Of a DNA stretch of 64,000 nucleotides, positions 36,420-45,981 are shown piece after piece. Position 1 is the stretch's first letter. The number at the start of each line of letters is the position of its first letter. The notes under the pieces are model-generated. The model had not been told where the DNA came from, ran no database searches, and saw only the letters and a program-made list of their open reading frames with translations. The stretch covers positions 194-64,193 of the forward strand of contig JAJYIG010000001.1 of assembly GCA_021790215.1 (NCBI GenBank), read 5' to 3'. The position numbers were made by a program, and so were the translations under genes. This DNA comes from a bacterium. Its GTDB lineage: Bacteria; Patescibacteriota; Microgenomatia; UBA8517.

Positions 36420-38453
36420 CTATAATCCGATTTTTACCTCTTTGTCCGTCTTCAAATAAAATTCCTCCGAGTATTTTCCAAGATTTATTGTATAAAGATA
36501 GTCATCAGTCCCCGGCTGCTTCTGAATCAAAAGATCATATTGCCCCTTCACCTTGAACGGCAACTTGTATTCAAAAGTGACTTTAGAAACTCCCTCGGGT
36601 CTCAGCTGGAAGTACCCTGCAAAAACAGTTTTGCCCAAATCCTCGTAGGGAGCTTGTGTTGCCTCTAACCCGTCAGATGAAATCAATTGGGAACCTTTAG
36701 GAACATAAACCCTCACCCAATCGGGTAGAACTGAATTAAGCCAGCCATCCTGACTCTGGGGATTTTTATAAGTTATTGTAACTGTCTTTGTCACCGTTCC
36801 ATCACCGGCCACATTTACGTCCTGTTCAACATCTTCAGTAGCATATAAATTAGATTTCCTTCCACCCAGATTGGCATCGATAATACTAAGATAATCGCCG
36901 CTACTGTCCTCATTGATAGTTCCACCTATGCCGAAATCCGTTACGGCTTTCTCCATATCAGCATTTGTCATGTAAAAAAGAACATGTTTCTCGGTGATTG
37001 AGGAATAAATTGCCGAAAAAAGCGAGGCAAGTTTATCTTTAGGCTGTGCCATTGCGTTTGCCAAAACTGAATTCATCAATGGTCCGATAATTTTCTTCCT
37101 GTTTGCTGCATTTTGCGGTTCATGGATAATCTTGCCGGTGACAGGATCCCAAATAATCGGTCCCTCGACGTCAGCATACGCTTCAAGGGCATGAATCACC
37201 TGAGCACAATTACATTGCGGATCAATTTGCGTGCTGAATGTTCCAAAACCAGGGACACCAATCGGTCCGGTTACATTGAGTAAATTCACCAATGTCTGGG
37301 TATCAACTGCAATTATTCCATCAATATTATTAACTCCAACTGTAGAAAGGGCTTTATCGACTTGATTCATGCTGACTTCAAAATCAGGCGACCAGTTCAT
37401 ATCCCTCAACCGCAAATTCTGAGAAATAATGTATGGCCCTTTTATATATTTGATAATTGGTTCGGGTGCCGGAGTAGTGGGCTTATACTTAGCATCAAGG
37501 TTATAAATATCGTCCGACAAGACGGGCTCAACTTTTGCCTTATCTACTTTCATAATCGCATATGCAGTCATAAATCCACCGGTAGGCCTTAACTCTTTAT
37601 CATTTTGGAAAAGAACAAAGTACGTCCTTGGTGAATCCATACCTAAAAAGTAGGGCAAATTCTGCAAAATGGGCTTACCCGCAACTAAAAATGTGGAAAC
37701 CTGATCCACCAGGTTTTGACCATTTTCTATTTGACTCCTAAGTTGTATTCCCCTAAAACTCACAGGATATCTATTGGCATCGATCTGCGATATTTCATTC
37801 TGAACCACCTTCATGTCCGCCGAGATTGAATCCATTTTTGGTAAAAGCTGCGGCACCGTCTGAACTATAAAATCAATCCTCGCCTGTGTTGTTTGGGCAC
37901 CTCCGGTCAAACCGCTTTGAGACGCTACTGAAGCTCCACCAAGTCCTAAAATATCCGAATATGGTTCCACTGCAGTCAAAACAATATCAGATGCATCAAG
38001 TCCCGCCTGTCCCGCCTTAACTACATGCCCGACATCGGAAACATATCCTCCGGCCCAGGGTAACACCTTGGCCCAAGCAATTAATTTGTAGTTGTAATCA
38101 AAAGAATTCAGATCCGACTTTGTTACTTCAATCCCACTTTTGATTTTGCCTAAATCTTTTGATTTAACAGTTTGGGAAAGAGCAGTAATAGAAGATTTAA
38201 GTTTCATTCCGCTTTTATAAAGTAAAAGTCCTACCGCTCCGAAATAAACAAGAAGTATCACCAAAAAAGCTGCGATGCCAAGCAGTATCTTACCCCAAGG
38301 AAAATTCTTTGTCTTCGGAATATTGTTAACAGGCTGCTTTTGGGGCCGAAATGCCTGGGGCTGAGAAGGAATAGATTGCGACTGACTCCCGGGTGTGGCA
38401 GGAGCAGTATTTTCAACTTCTATTTTTGGAACCAATATGGAATCTTCTTGCAT
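36420..38453 (-). CDS. DUF4012-domain membrane-anchored protein
   Basis: TM and long helical region, then PRTY-VLFQN-ELRPTGGF, RD-NWSPDF, DGIIAVD, DANLGG-KSN, RVYVP-GS, QKQPG. Confidence 0.8.
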   Translation of the reverse strand: MQEDSILVPKIEVENTAPATPGSQSQSIPSQPQAFRPQKQPVNNIPKTKNFPWGKILLGIAAFLVILLVYFGAVGLLLYKSGMKLKSSITALSQTVKSKDLGKIKSGIEVTKSDLNSFDYNYKLIAWAKVLPWAGGYVSDVGHVVKAGQAGLDASDIVLTAVEPYSDILGLGGASVASQSGLTGGAQTTQARIDFIVQTVPQLLPKMDSISADMKVVQNEISQIDANRYPVSFRGIQLRSQIENGQNLVDQVSTFLVAGKPILQNLPYFLGMDSPRTYFVLFQNDKELRPTGGFMTAYAIMKVDKAKVEPVLSDDIYNLDAKYKPTTPAPEPIIKYIKGPYIISQNLRLRDMNWSPDFEVSMNQVDKALSTVGVNNIDGIIAVDTQTLVNLLNVTGPIGVPGFGTFSTQIDPQCNCAQVIHALEAYADVEGPIIWDPVTGKIIHEPQNAANRKKIIGPLMNSVLANAMAQPKDKLASLFSAIYSSITEKHVLFYMTNADMEKAVTDFGIGGTINEDSSGDYLSIIDANLGGRKSNLYATEDVEQDVNVAGDGTVTKTVTITYKNPQSQDGWLNSVLPDWVRVYVPKGSQLISSDGLEATQAPYEDLGKTVFAGYFQLRPEGVSKVTFEYKLPFKVKGQYDLLIQKQPGTDDYLYTINLGKYSEEFYLKTDKEVKIGL

Positions 38454-38477
38454 GACGCCTTTTAATAATACACTAAA

Positions 38478-39128
38478 TTAGATAGCGCCGACACCGCTAA
38501 TCATGGCAAATGGAGTTTTAATCATAACACCTAAATCAAAAAGGATTGATTTTCGGCGCGCATATTCAGCATCCATTTTAATCCTCTTTTCAAAACCAAT
38601 ATTACTCCTTCCGGTAACTTGCCAATACCCTGTAATCCCAGGCTTTACCGTCAACATGTCTTTAACATATTTTTCTGTCCCTCTGTACCTTTTTTGCTGC
38701 TCTTCAAGCTCTTTAGGTAGGTAGGGTCTGGGACCCACCAAACTCATTTCTCCTTTCAAAACATTAAAAAGTTGCGGCATCTCGTCAATAGAGTGTTTCC
38801 GAATAAACCGTCCGAATTTCATAACCCTTGGGTCTTTGTGAAGCTTGTAGCCCGAATTTTTGTATTCTTCATAAAGACTCCTAAACTTCGGGTCTGTCTC
38901 AAGAAGTTTATCGGCGTTAACAAGCATGGAACGGAATTTATAAAGCCTAAAAACTTTTCCGCCTTTTGTAAGACGTCTCATGTGTGAGTTCTCTTTCTCG
39001 ACAAGCACAGGACCTTCCGAAGTAATTTTAATTATTATGGCTGTCAAAATTATTATTGGGGAAAAAAGAACTAAAAGAAATATTGAGGCGAAGACATCTA
39101 TCGTTCTTTTAGTAAGATCATATAACAT
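38478..39128 (-). CDS. Priming phosphoglycosyltransferase (bacterial sugar transferase, WbaP/WcaJ C-terminal type)
   Basis: KR-ID, F-LYKFRSM, DPRV-FGRFIRK-SIDE-PQL-NVLKGEMSLVGPRP, KPGITG-WQV-GRS. Confidence 0.92.
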   Translation of the reverse strand: MLYDLTKRTIDVFASIFLLVLFSPIIILTAIIIKITSEGPVLVEKENSHMRRLTKGGKVFRLYKFRSMLVNADKLLETDPKFRSLYEEYKNSGYKLHKDPRVMKFGRFIRKHSIDEMPQLFNVLKGEMSLVGPRPYLPKELEEQQKRYRGTEKYVKDMLTVKPGITGYWQVTGRSNIGFEKRIKMDAEYARRKSILFDLGVMIKTPFAMISGVGAI

Positions 39129-39135
39129 AAATTTC

Positions 39136-40242
39136 CTAAAGAAGGTCCGAACGTTTTTCCTCAATTAATTTCTCAACGACTTTTTTAACATTCTGCGCCT
39201 TGCTCTTGGAGCATATCAAAAGGGCATCATCTGTGTCGACGACAATAATATTATCAACATCAATTACTGCAATTGTCCTGCCGTTCTTGTGTATCAGGGC
39301 ATCTGAGGTATCAATATTTATAATCTCTCCGCCTTTTTCGCCATCATCCAATACCACATTCCCTGAATCGTCTTTCTTACTATTCTCCCAGACTTCCTTC
39401 CAATCCCCGATATCTGTCCAATTGAAGTCACCATGAACAACATAGAAGTTTTTAGATTTTTCAGCCACAGCGTAATCAATTGCAATCTTAGGTATATCTT
39501 TATAGACATCCCCGATACTTTCCCCATTCTCCAATCTTTTGAGATGTTTTGAGATTTCTGGAGCATATTTCTCAATTTCAGACAGAAGCACATCGGCTCT
39601 CCAAACAAACTCGCCGGCATTCCAATAGTAATCTTTAGATTCCGTATATTTTTTGGCTAATTCAAGGGGTGGCTTTTCAACAAATTTTTCCAACTTAAAA
39701 AATGACACATCACCCACATCTGCAAGTCTTTTACCTCTTTTGATATGTCCAAGACCTGTGTGGGGATATCTTGGTGGAACACCTAAAGCGATCAAAACTC
39801 TTTCAGAGTAAGCGACCTCGGCTGCAGCTTTTAGCACTTGAAGATAGCGGTGAACCGGACTAACCAGCCGATCCGCAGCCTCTGTAATTATAACCGCATC
39901 GGGATCTAGTTTTTTAATAATATATGCCCCGAGTGCGTGTGCCGGTCCTGTTTCCCTTCTTGCCGGTTCCACAATAATGTTTTCCTTCTTAAACTCCGGC
40001 ACCTCTTTAATAATTTCCTTTTTATAATCCTCAGATACAGTTACGCAATAGATATGATCCGGCGACACCAATTGCTTAAACCTCAAAAATGTCAACTGAG
40101 TTAACGTTTGCTTATCCAGGAAAAGCGGCAAAAACTGTTTGGGGGTCTTGTTTCTTGATTGCGGCCAAAGTCGGGTTCCTCCTCCGCCTGCCAGGATCAA
40201 AGCGTACAAGTGATCTTTATAATTATTTGCCTTTGATTGCAT
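39136..40242 (-). CDS. manC: Mannose-1-phosphate guanylyltransferase (no PMI domain)
   Basis: ILAGGGGTRLWP-SR-PKQF, EP-RETG, FVEKP, WNAG-F, IDYAV-EK, WTDIG-W, DALLI. Confidence 0.9.
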   Translation of the reverse strand: MQSKANNYKDHLYALILAGGGGTRLWPQSRNKTPKQFLPLFLDKQTLTQLTFLRFKQLVSPDHIYCVTVSEDYKKEIIKEVPEFKKENIIVEPARRETGPAHALGAYIIKKLDPDAVIITEAADRLVSPVHRYLQVLKAAAEVAYSERVLIALGVPPRYPHTGLGHIKRGKRLADVGDVSFFKLEKFVEKPPLELAKKYTESKDYYWNAGEFVWRADVLLSEIEKYAPEISKHLKRLENGESIGDVYKDIPKIAIDYAVAEKSKNFYVVHGDFNWTDIGDWKEVWENSKKDDSGNVVLDDGEKGGEIINIDTSDALIHKNGRTIAVIDVDNIIVVDTDDALLICSKSKAQNVKKVVEKLIEEKRSDLL

Positions 40243-41320
40243 TATTTACTATTCTAACAAAATCTTTCCCAAATTTCTCATTTGAAAATCTATTGGAATT
40301 TCTAATGAGATTATCCGCTTTAAATTTCATCTTTTCAAATCTTAGAACTGCTTCCTCCAAACTTTCTGTGGTTTGACTACCAAAAAAAAGGCCGGTCTTT
40401 CCGTCAATAACAGTATCCAATGCTCCACCTTTTTTGTATGCGATAACAGGAACGCCGCGCGCCTGAGCTTCAACGGCAACAATACCAAAATCTTCCTCCT
40501 GTGGCATTACAAGCGCCTTCGCTTTCCGGTAAATCTCATCGAGCTTCCTTTCAGTAACTCTACCTACAAATTTAATGTTTTTATCTGCCATTTGTTTTAA
40601 TTTACTCTCCTCTCTTCCGGATCCGACAATCGTAAGAGGTAATTTCAACCTGTTAAATGTTTTAATCGCCAAATCAACCTTTTTATAACCATAGTCCAAT
40701 CTGCTAACTAACAGATAGTACTTTTTTGTACTATCAATGAGTCGATTCATTGATACACCCACAGGAGGAAACACTACTACCGAACTTCTCCCATAATATT
40801 TTTTAATACGCTCTTTTACTCCGCTGGAGATAGCGACCATAATATCAGGTTTTTTTGCCATTTCTTTATCCCAATTTCTATGAATATTAATAAATGGTTT
40901 TACAAAAAACCTAAGTATCGGGTTTTTGAAATAATCATTAAAACCGCTCCATAAATACCGCGTTGGAGTCAGGCAATAACAGATATGTTTTGTTTTTCTA
41001 CCAACACGAATTCCTTTGGCAGCCTCACTGGTTACAGTAATAACAAGATCATAATCTGAAAAATCAAATGAATTGAAAGCCACCGGCATTAAAGGGGCAA
41101 AAAATTCATGGTTTGAATGGGCAAAAGGAATTTTCTGCAAAAATGATGTATGCACCTCAGGGAAAACTTTCGCCCAAGGAGCCTTCCGAGACTCATACAC
41201 CGAAGTAAAAAGTGGAGCCTCAGGAAAGATCTCATGAAGGGCAAGAAGAACTCTTTCCGCTCCTCCCCACTTATTGACCCTATCATAAACCAACGCAACC
41301 CTCAGGAGTTTCTTATTCAT
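40223..41320 (-). CDS. Glycosyltransferase family 4 (WbaZ-like)
   Basis: GGAERVL, TSFLQK, YCLTP-RYLW, EDFGIVAVEA-A-G-PVIA. Start set at ATG 41320. Confidence 0.88.
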   Translation of the reverse strand: MNKKLLRVALVYDRVNKWGGAERVLLALHEIFPEAPLFTSVYESRKAPWAKVFPEVHTSFLQKIPFAHSNHEFFAPLMPVAFNSFDFSDYDLVITVTSEAAKGIRVGRKTKHICYCLTPTRYLWSGFNDYFKNPILRFFVKPFINIHRNWDKEMAKKPDIMVAISSGVKERIKKYYGRSSVVVFPPVGVSMNRLIDSTKKYYLLVSRLDYGYKKVDLAIKTFNRLKLPLTIVGSGREESKLKQMADKNIKFVGRVTERKLDEIYRKAKALVMPQEEDFGIVAVEAQARGVPVIAYKKGGALDTVIDGKTGLFFGSQTTESLEEAVLRFEKMKFKADNLIRNSNRFSNEKFGKDFVRIVNNAIKGK

Positions 41321-42428
41321 TGGACATAAGAGCAGTTTCATAAACATGTAAGGTCTCTTTAGCCATTTTGCCCCAGCTATATTTCTCGATGAACTTCAGA
41401 GATTTGGCAATTCTTAATTCTCTTTCTTTTTTGGTCATACCAAGCACTTTTATCATAGAATCCGAAATTGATGAAGGGTCAAAGGGATCAAAATAGATTG
41501 CATTCTCGCCATATATCTCCTTGAAGATCGGAATATTTGAGGCGAGAACCAAAGTTCCGGAAGACATAGCCTCAAGTCCTGGGAGACCAAACCCTTCAGA
41601 GACGGAGGGAAAGACAAAAGCTAAAGAATTCTTGTACATCTGTCCCAACACATCATCAGGAACAAAACCGGCAAGTTTTACAAATCCATCCACGTCCAGA
41701 TTTTTTGTTATTTTTTGAAGTTTTTGAGTAAAAATATTCCTCGCACTGGCAATAACCAAAATAACCTTATGATCAACTTTTTTGTTCAATAATTTAACCG
41801 CTTCAACCAAGCGATTCAAATTCTTGTGAGGATAAGCGTTACCTGCATAGAAAAAATAAGGTTCCTTAATTTTTTCGCCCTCCTTAAAACCAATCGTCTT
41901 ACCAACTCCTTCGTAAGTAATAAAAATCTTGTCAGACGTAAAGTGATAACTCTTAACGATATCACTTTTAACAACTCCGCTAGGAACCAAAATATACTTT
42001 GAATTTCTTACAGCCCTATTAAAAACAAATTTATAAGCTAGTTGTTTAAAGAAATATAATGGAGCAGGAAGTGTCGTCGCCGAAAGTCCTGCAAATTCAT
42101 GCATCAACATATCGTGTATCGTAACAACATATTTACCTTCGTAAAAAACTGGGACATTAAAGTGCGGAAAATGAACTAAGTCAGGTTTTTCTTTTTTAAT
42201 ATAAATAGGAAGAAGTATTTGCTCCTTAATTGAATAGTGCCGAAAGTCTGTCATAACTTTCTTCCAATTTTCAGGAAGGGTTAAGTTATTAAAATACTTT
42301 TTTCTCAAAAAAATCACATATTCATTTCTAGAATCGATTTTGGAAAGTTCTGAAACCAAATTGACAAGGTACCTGCCTAAGCCGGCGTTTTCCAGACCAT
42401 AAAGACGTCCGTCAATTAGAATCTTCAT
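41313..42428 (-). CDS. Glycosyltransferase family 4
   Basis: IDGR-G-GRY, TIHD, PHKN, FPS-SEGFGLPGLEAM. Confidence 0.9.
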   Translation of the reverse strand: MKILIDGRLYGLENAGLGRYLVNLVSELSKIDSRNEYVIFLRKKYFNNLTLPENWKKVMTDFRHYSIKEQILLPIYIKKEKPDLVHFPHFNVPVFYEGKYVVTIHDMLMHEFAGLSATTLPAPLYFFKQLAYKFVFNRAVRNSKYILVPSGVVKSDIVKSYHFTSDKIFITYEGVGKTIGFKEGEKIKEPYFFYAGNAYPHKNLNRLVEAVKLLNKKVDHKVILVIASARNIFTQKLQKITKNLDVDGFVKLAGFVPDDVLGQMYKNSLAFVFPSVSEGFGLPGLEAMSSGTLVLASNIPIFKEIYGENAIYFDPFDPSSISDSMIKVLGMTKKERELRIAKSLKFIEKYSWGKMAKETLHVYETALMSNE

Positions 42429-42429
42429 A

Positions 42430-43311
42430 TTAGTATGCGGACAGAAGCACCACCCTCACATATCTAATCAACTTGAAGACATTTATTCCAAAAACAACAA
42501 AATAGTCAAAGAGAAGGGGATAATTGTTCCATAAATTTTTTCTGAAAAATCTCTCCATAGAGACAACACCCGCCAGTCTCACCTTTCTCCTCTCCGCAGT
42601 CGTGGTCTTATGTTTCCATTTAGCAACCTTCCCTTTAGTTACACCCTTAATATGAGTCACTATAACTTCCGGATAATAGACTAGCTTATAGCCAGACTTA
42701 TGAATTTGATAACAGAGATCGATATCTTCACCGTCAAAAAAATAGTTTTCATCAAACCAACCCACTTTATCCAAGATTTTCTTCCAGGTCAGAAAGAATG
42801 CCCCCTGGATAGCCTCTACTTCCTGAATTGTGTTTTCAGGCACGTCCTCATACCAATATTCCTTACCCAACCCAAGAATAAGGTGCTGAAATGAAATCCA
42901 GGGCGTAGGAAACCGACGCCGCGCATCTTTATCCATTGAACCATCAGGAAGAACTAATTTACACGTCAATGCCCCAATGTCATCGTGCTCCTTAAGATAT
43001 CCAACGGTTTTTCGAAACACATTGTCGTTAATTACTGTATCAGGGTTTAAGAAAAGAACCATCTTTCCTCTAACAAGCGGCTTGGCACGGTTGTTGCCTT
43101 TAGAAAATCCTTCGTTTGGCCCTTCGATTAATTTCACCCATGGGAACTTTTTCCTAACCATAGCGACGCTCCCGTCTGTTGAGGAGTTATCAGAAACAAC
43201 AACTTCCATAGAAACTTCTTTCATATGCGCCTTAACCGAATTCAGACAATCCTCTAGAAGTTCTTTTGTATTGTAATTAAGAATTATTACTGTTAAATCT
43301 GGTTTTTTCAT
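42430..43311 (-). CDS. Glycosyltransferase family 2 (WbbL/rhamnosyltransferase-like)
   Basis: IILNYN, DNSS-DGS, N-GFSKGNN, LNPD, GAF, FDE-YF-GEDIDLC. Start set at ATG 43311. Confidence 0.88.
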   Translation of the reverse strand: MKKPDLTVIILNYNTKELLEDCLNSVKAHMKEVSMEVVVSDNSSTDGSVAMVRKKFPWVKLIEGPNEGFSKGNNRAKPLVRGKMVLFLNPDTVINDNVFRKTVGYLKEHDDIGALTCKLVLPDGSMDKDARRRFPTPWISFQHLILGLGKEYWYEDVPENTIQEVEAIQGAFFLTWKKILDKVGWFDENYFFDGEDIDLCYQIHKSGYKLVYYPEVIVTHIKGVTKGKVAKWKHKTTTAERRKVRLAGVVSMERFFRKNLWNNYPLLFDYFVVFGINVFKLIRYVRVVLLSAY

Positions 43312-44503
43312 ACTTGGTTTCCTCGTAAATTCTGTCAAGATATTCCGCCATTCTATACCAGCTGTACTTTCTAACTACAAGGTCTCTGGCATTTCTTGCA
43401 ATCAAGGATGCGAAATGTTTGTTACTAAGAACTTTCAAAACAGCATTTGCTATATCTTCAGGGTTATCTTCAATAATTATTTCTTTATTATTTTTTGCAC
43501 CAAGACCTTCAGCCCCTACTGTAGTTGTAACCAACGGTAATTTCGCAGCCATTGCTCCAAAATGTTTGAGCCTAGTCCCGCCAGGTCCTTTTAAGGGTGA
43601 GACAAAAACAGACGCCTCGTAATAAGCTTTTCTGATTCCCTCCTGATCATCTTCCTTCAGATCGTCTATCAATATATTTCCAGTTTGTCTTTCCTTAATC
43701 TCGCTTGGAATATGTTGACCGACAATCCAAACTTTTACCGTAGGATCTTTTCTATAAACAAGTGGAAAGACATCATCCAAAAGGATTTTTGCCGCCTCTA
43801 TATTTTGCAACCACTTAAAATTTGCCACAAACAACATCCTCGGATTTTTACGATTCCAGTTAACTTTAACCTTGAAAAAACTCAAGTTAACTCCGTTCGG
43901 AACCAATGCAACATCCAGATTCGGCACCAACTTCCGCATCTCAGTTTTATCAACATCTGAAACCGCAACAACTCCGTCTGCTTTTTTCCAAAATTTTGTT
44001 TCCCAAAAACGAAGTTTAGCGACATCAATTGACAATACCCATCTAACGATGGAGTTTTTAATTCCTTCAACATAATGTTTATAAACAAGATATTCTATCG
44101 TTTGTTCTACTAAAAGGATTGGGATTTTGGTATCGGGAATATGAGGCATTACATAGAATGTTTCCGCATGGATTAAGTCGTAATTAACTTTTGTTATTTC
44201 CTCTTTAACAGCAGCGCTTTCCCTGGGAGAAAGATTTCGAATAACCAAAAATGGGTAGGGCCCGAAACCAGTCAAGAGAATGTTACGTAAGGTCCAGGGT
44301 GACTTTGAGCGCCTAAATACACGAACCTTTTTACAATATTTCTCCAATTCCGGAATATACTTTTTTTCCGAGTCATCTTTTATTAAAGAAAAGAGAGTGA
44401 TCTCGTGTTTTTTGCTCAAATCCTTAATTAAATTGTAAGAACGTATTTGCCCGCCCGATGAGTCCGGAAAAGGCAAATATGGTGTAAGCATCAAAATCTT
44501 CAT
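43277..44503 (-). CDS. Glycosyltransferase family 4
   Basis: PY-PFP-SGG-IR, VPNGV, N-EA, GGTRLK, TT-GAEG, YSW. Confidence 0.85.
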   Translation of the reverse strand: MKILMLTPYLPFPDSSGGQIRSYNLIKDLSKKHEITLFSLIKDDSEKKYIPELEKYCKKVRVFRRSKSPWTLRNILLTGFGPYPFLVIRNLSPRESAAVKEEITKVNYDLIHAETFYVMPHIPDTKIPILLVEQTIEYLVYKHYVEGIKNSIVRWVLSIDVAKLRFWETKFWKKADGVVAVSDVDKTEMRKLVPNLDVALVPNGVNLSFFKVKVNWNRKNPRMLFVANFKWLQNIEAAKILLDDVFPLVYRKDPTVKVWIVGQHIPSEIKERQTGNILIDDLKEDDQEGIRKAYYEASVFVSPLKGPGGTRLKHFGAMAAKLPLVTTTVGAEGLGAKNNKEIIIEDNPEDIANAVLKVLSNKHFASLIARNARDLVVRKYSWYRMAEYLDRIYEETKYEKTRFNSNNS

Positions 44504-45981
44504 TTTGTTTTTGCAGGTAGTGGCTTAAGAAGATCGATAATTATATAATTATTAGTTTTTTCAACTGTAGTAAAACGAGATTCAATCATCTTGGTGTCAG
44601 CGCTTCCAAGATCTACTGAGACGTAGTAGCTTGCACCTTCTTTAATAATATTGTCTATCGAATTGTCAATTGCGGGCCACCCCCACCTCCCCGTCGCATA
44701 CAAAAATGCTGTATCACCGTCGTATGGTGCAACAACAAGAGCATTTTTGGGAGTAATTTTATCGACCTCTGCCCCGGCTTGGATAATCTCAGGGTGATTA
44801 ATATTATAATCTCCGGCTATTTGGTACCATCCGGTAATTAACATTACCCCAATCGAAAATATTAGGACAGTCCTTGCAAGAATCTTGTTAAAATTTGTTT
44901 GAGTCCAAAGGTAAACTGATCCGGAGGAAAGAGCCAAAGCAATCACAGGGATTGTCAGAATCTGATAATAGTCATGCATCACGTTTGCATCAGCCACCAA
45001 AACAACATAAAAAAGAGCCCCAATTAAAAACCAATGTATGAACAAATTTTTAGTCTTTGTATTAAATACGCCGAAGATAAAAGGAACAACACCCAAAGAT
45101 CCAAGTATGAGATGCCCCAACCGTTCTCCAAAAATCCAGTTCCAGTAAGCCGGATGAAACCTAATCCCATTCCCATTAAATGCCCACCAAAAAAACGGTA
45201 TCCCCATGGGAAACTTTGATTCCCACCACCTCCATAAAGCAAAAGGAATAGACCCAATTAGTACATAGGAAATTCCTTTTAAGATGAGCTTTCTATCTTT
45301 TAGAATTCTTTTAAACCCAAACTTCTGCACTGTAAGATATGCGATCGGAATGGCATAAAAACCTTGATAGGGTTTGATAAGCATCATAAGGGCAAAAAAT
45401 ACTGCTGAGAGATAGAAATAGAAATCTTTGGAATTGTCAAAAAACCTAACATACATCCAAATTGAAATCACTCCGAAAGTTACTCCCATGGGATCGGGCA
45501 AAATTACTCTTGTAAAGTAGATGTTATAAGGAATAAATAAGTAGAAAAACGCGGAGGCAATCCCTCCCCAACCACCCAAGAACCTTTTACCAATAAGATA
45601 AAGAAAAAATGCAGTAATTAGGGCAGAAAATATGGTAATCAGACGCGACCAAACCTCCAAACTAAGATGCCCCAGGTTTGTTGTAAGAAGAGCTCCGATA
45701 GCATTATAGATGGGGAATTCCACCATTCTATAACCGTTGGGATTAAAAATTCCTGTTTGAATACTCGAAATATCATGATAGCGGGGAAGAAGTAAATTTA
45801 TACCCTGTTGAATATAAACCTTTGTGACCGAAGCGGTATCTGCCTGACGCCAACTATGCCAATCAGCAACCGGATTATTAATTTTATAAAGCCTGACTAT
45901 AAATCCGACAACAATCATTAACGATAACAAAATATACTCAAGCCATCTGCTTTTTAGAATAAGATTAATTTTCTTTAACAT
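44500..45981 (-). CDS. GT-C fold membrane glycosyltransferase (ArnT/PMT-like)
   Basis: Polytopic protein; first external loop DWHSWRQADT, EFPIYN, R-ILPD, HDYYQ. Confidence 0.75.
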   Translation of the reverse strand: MLKKINLILKSRWLEYILLSLMIVVGFIVRLYKINNPVADWHSWRQADTASVTKVYIQQGINLLLPRYHDISSIQTGIFNPNGYRMVEFPIYNAIGALLTTNLGHLSLEVWSRLITIFSALITAFFLYLIGKRFLGGWGGIASAFFYLFIPYNIYFTRVILPDPMGVTFGVISIWMYVRFFDNSKDFYFYLSAVFFALMMLIKPYQGFYAIPIAYLTVQKFGFKRILKDRKLILKGISYVLIGSIPFALWRWWESKFPMGIPFFWWAFNGNGIRFHPAYWNWIFGERLGHLILGSLGVVPFIFGVFNTKTKNLFIHWFLIGALFYVVLVADANVMHDYYQILTIPVIALALSSGSVYLWTQTNFNKILARTVLIFSIGVMLITGWYQIAGDYNINHPEIIQAGAEVDKITPKNALVVAPYDGDTAFLYATGRWGWPAIDNSIDNIIKEGASYYVSVDLGSADTKMIESRFTTVEKTNNYIIIDLLKPLPAKTK

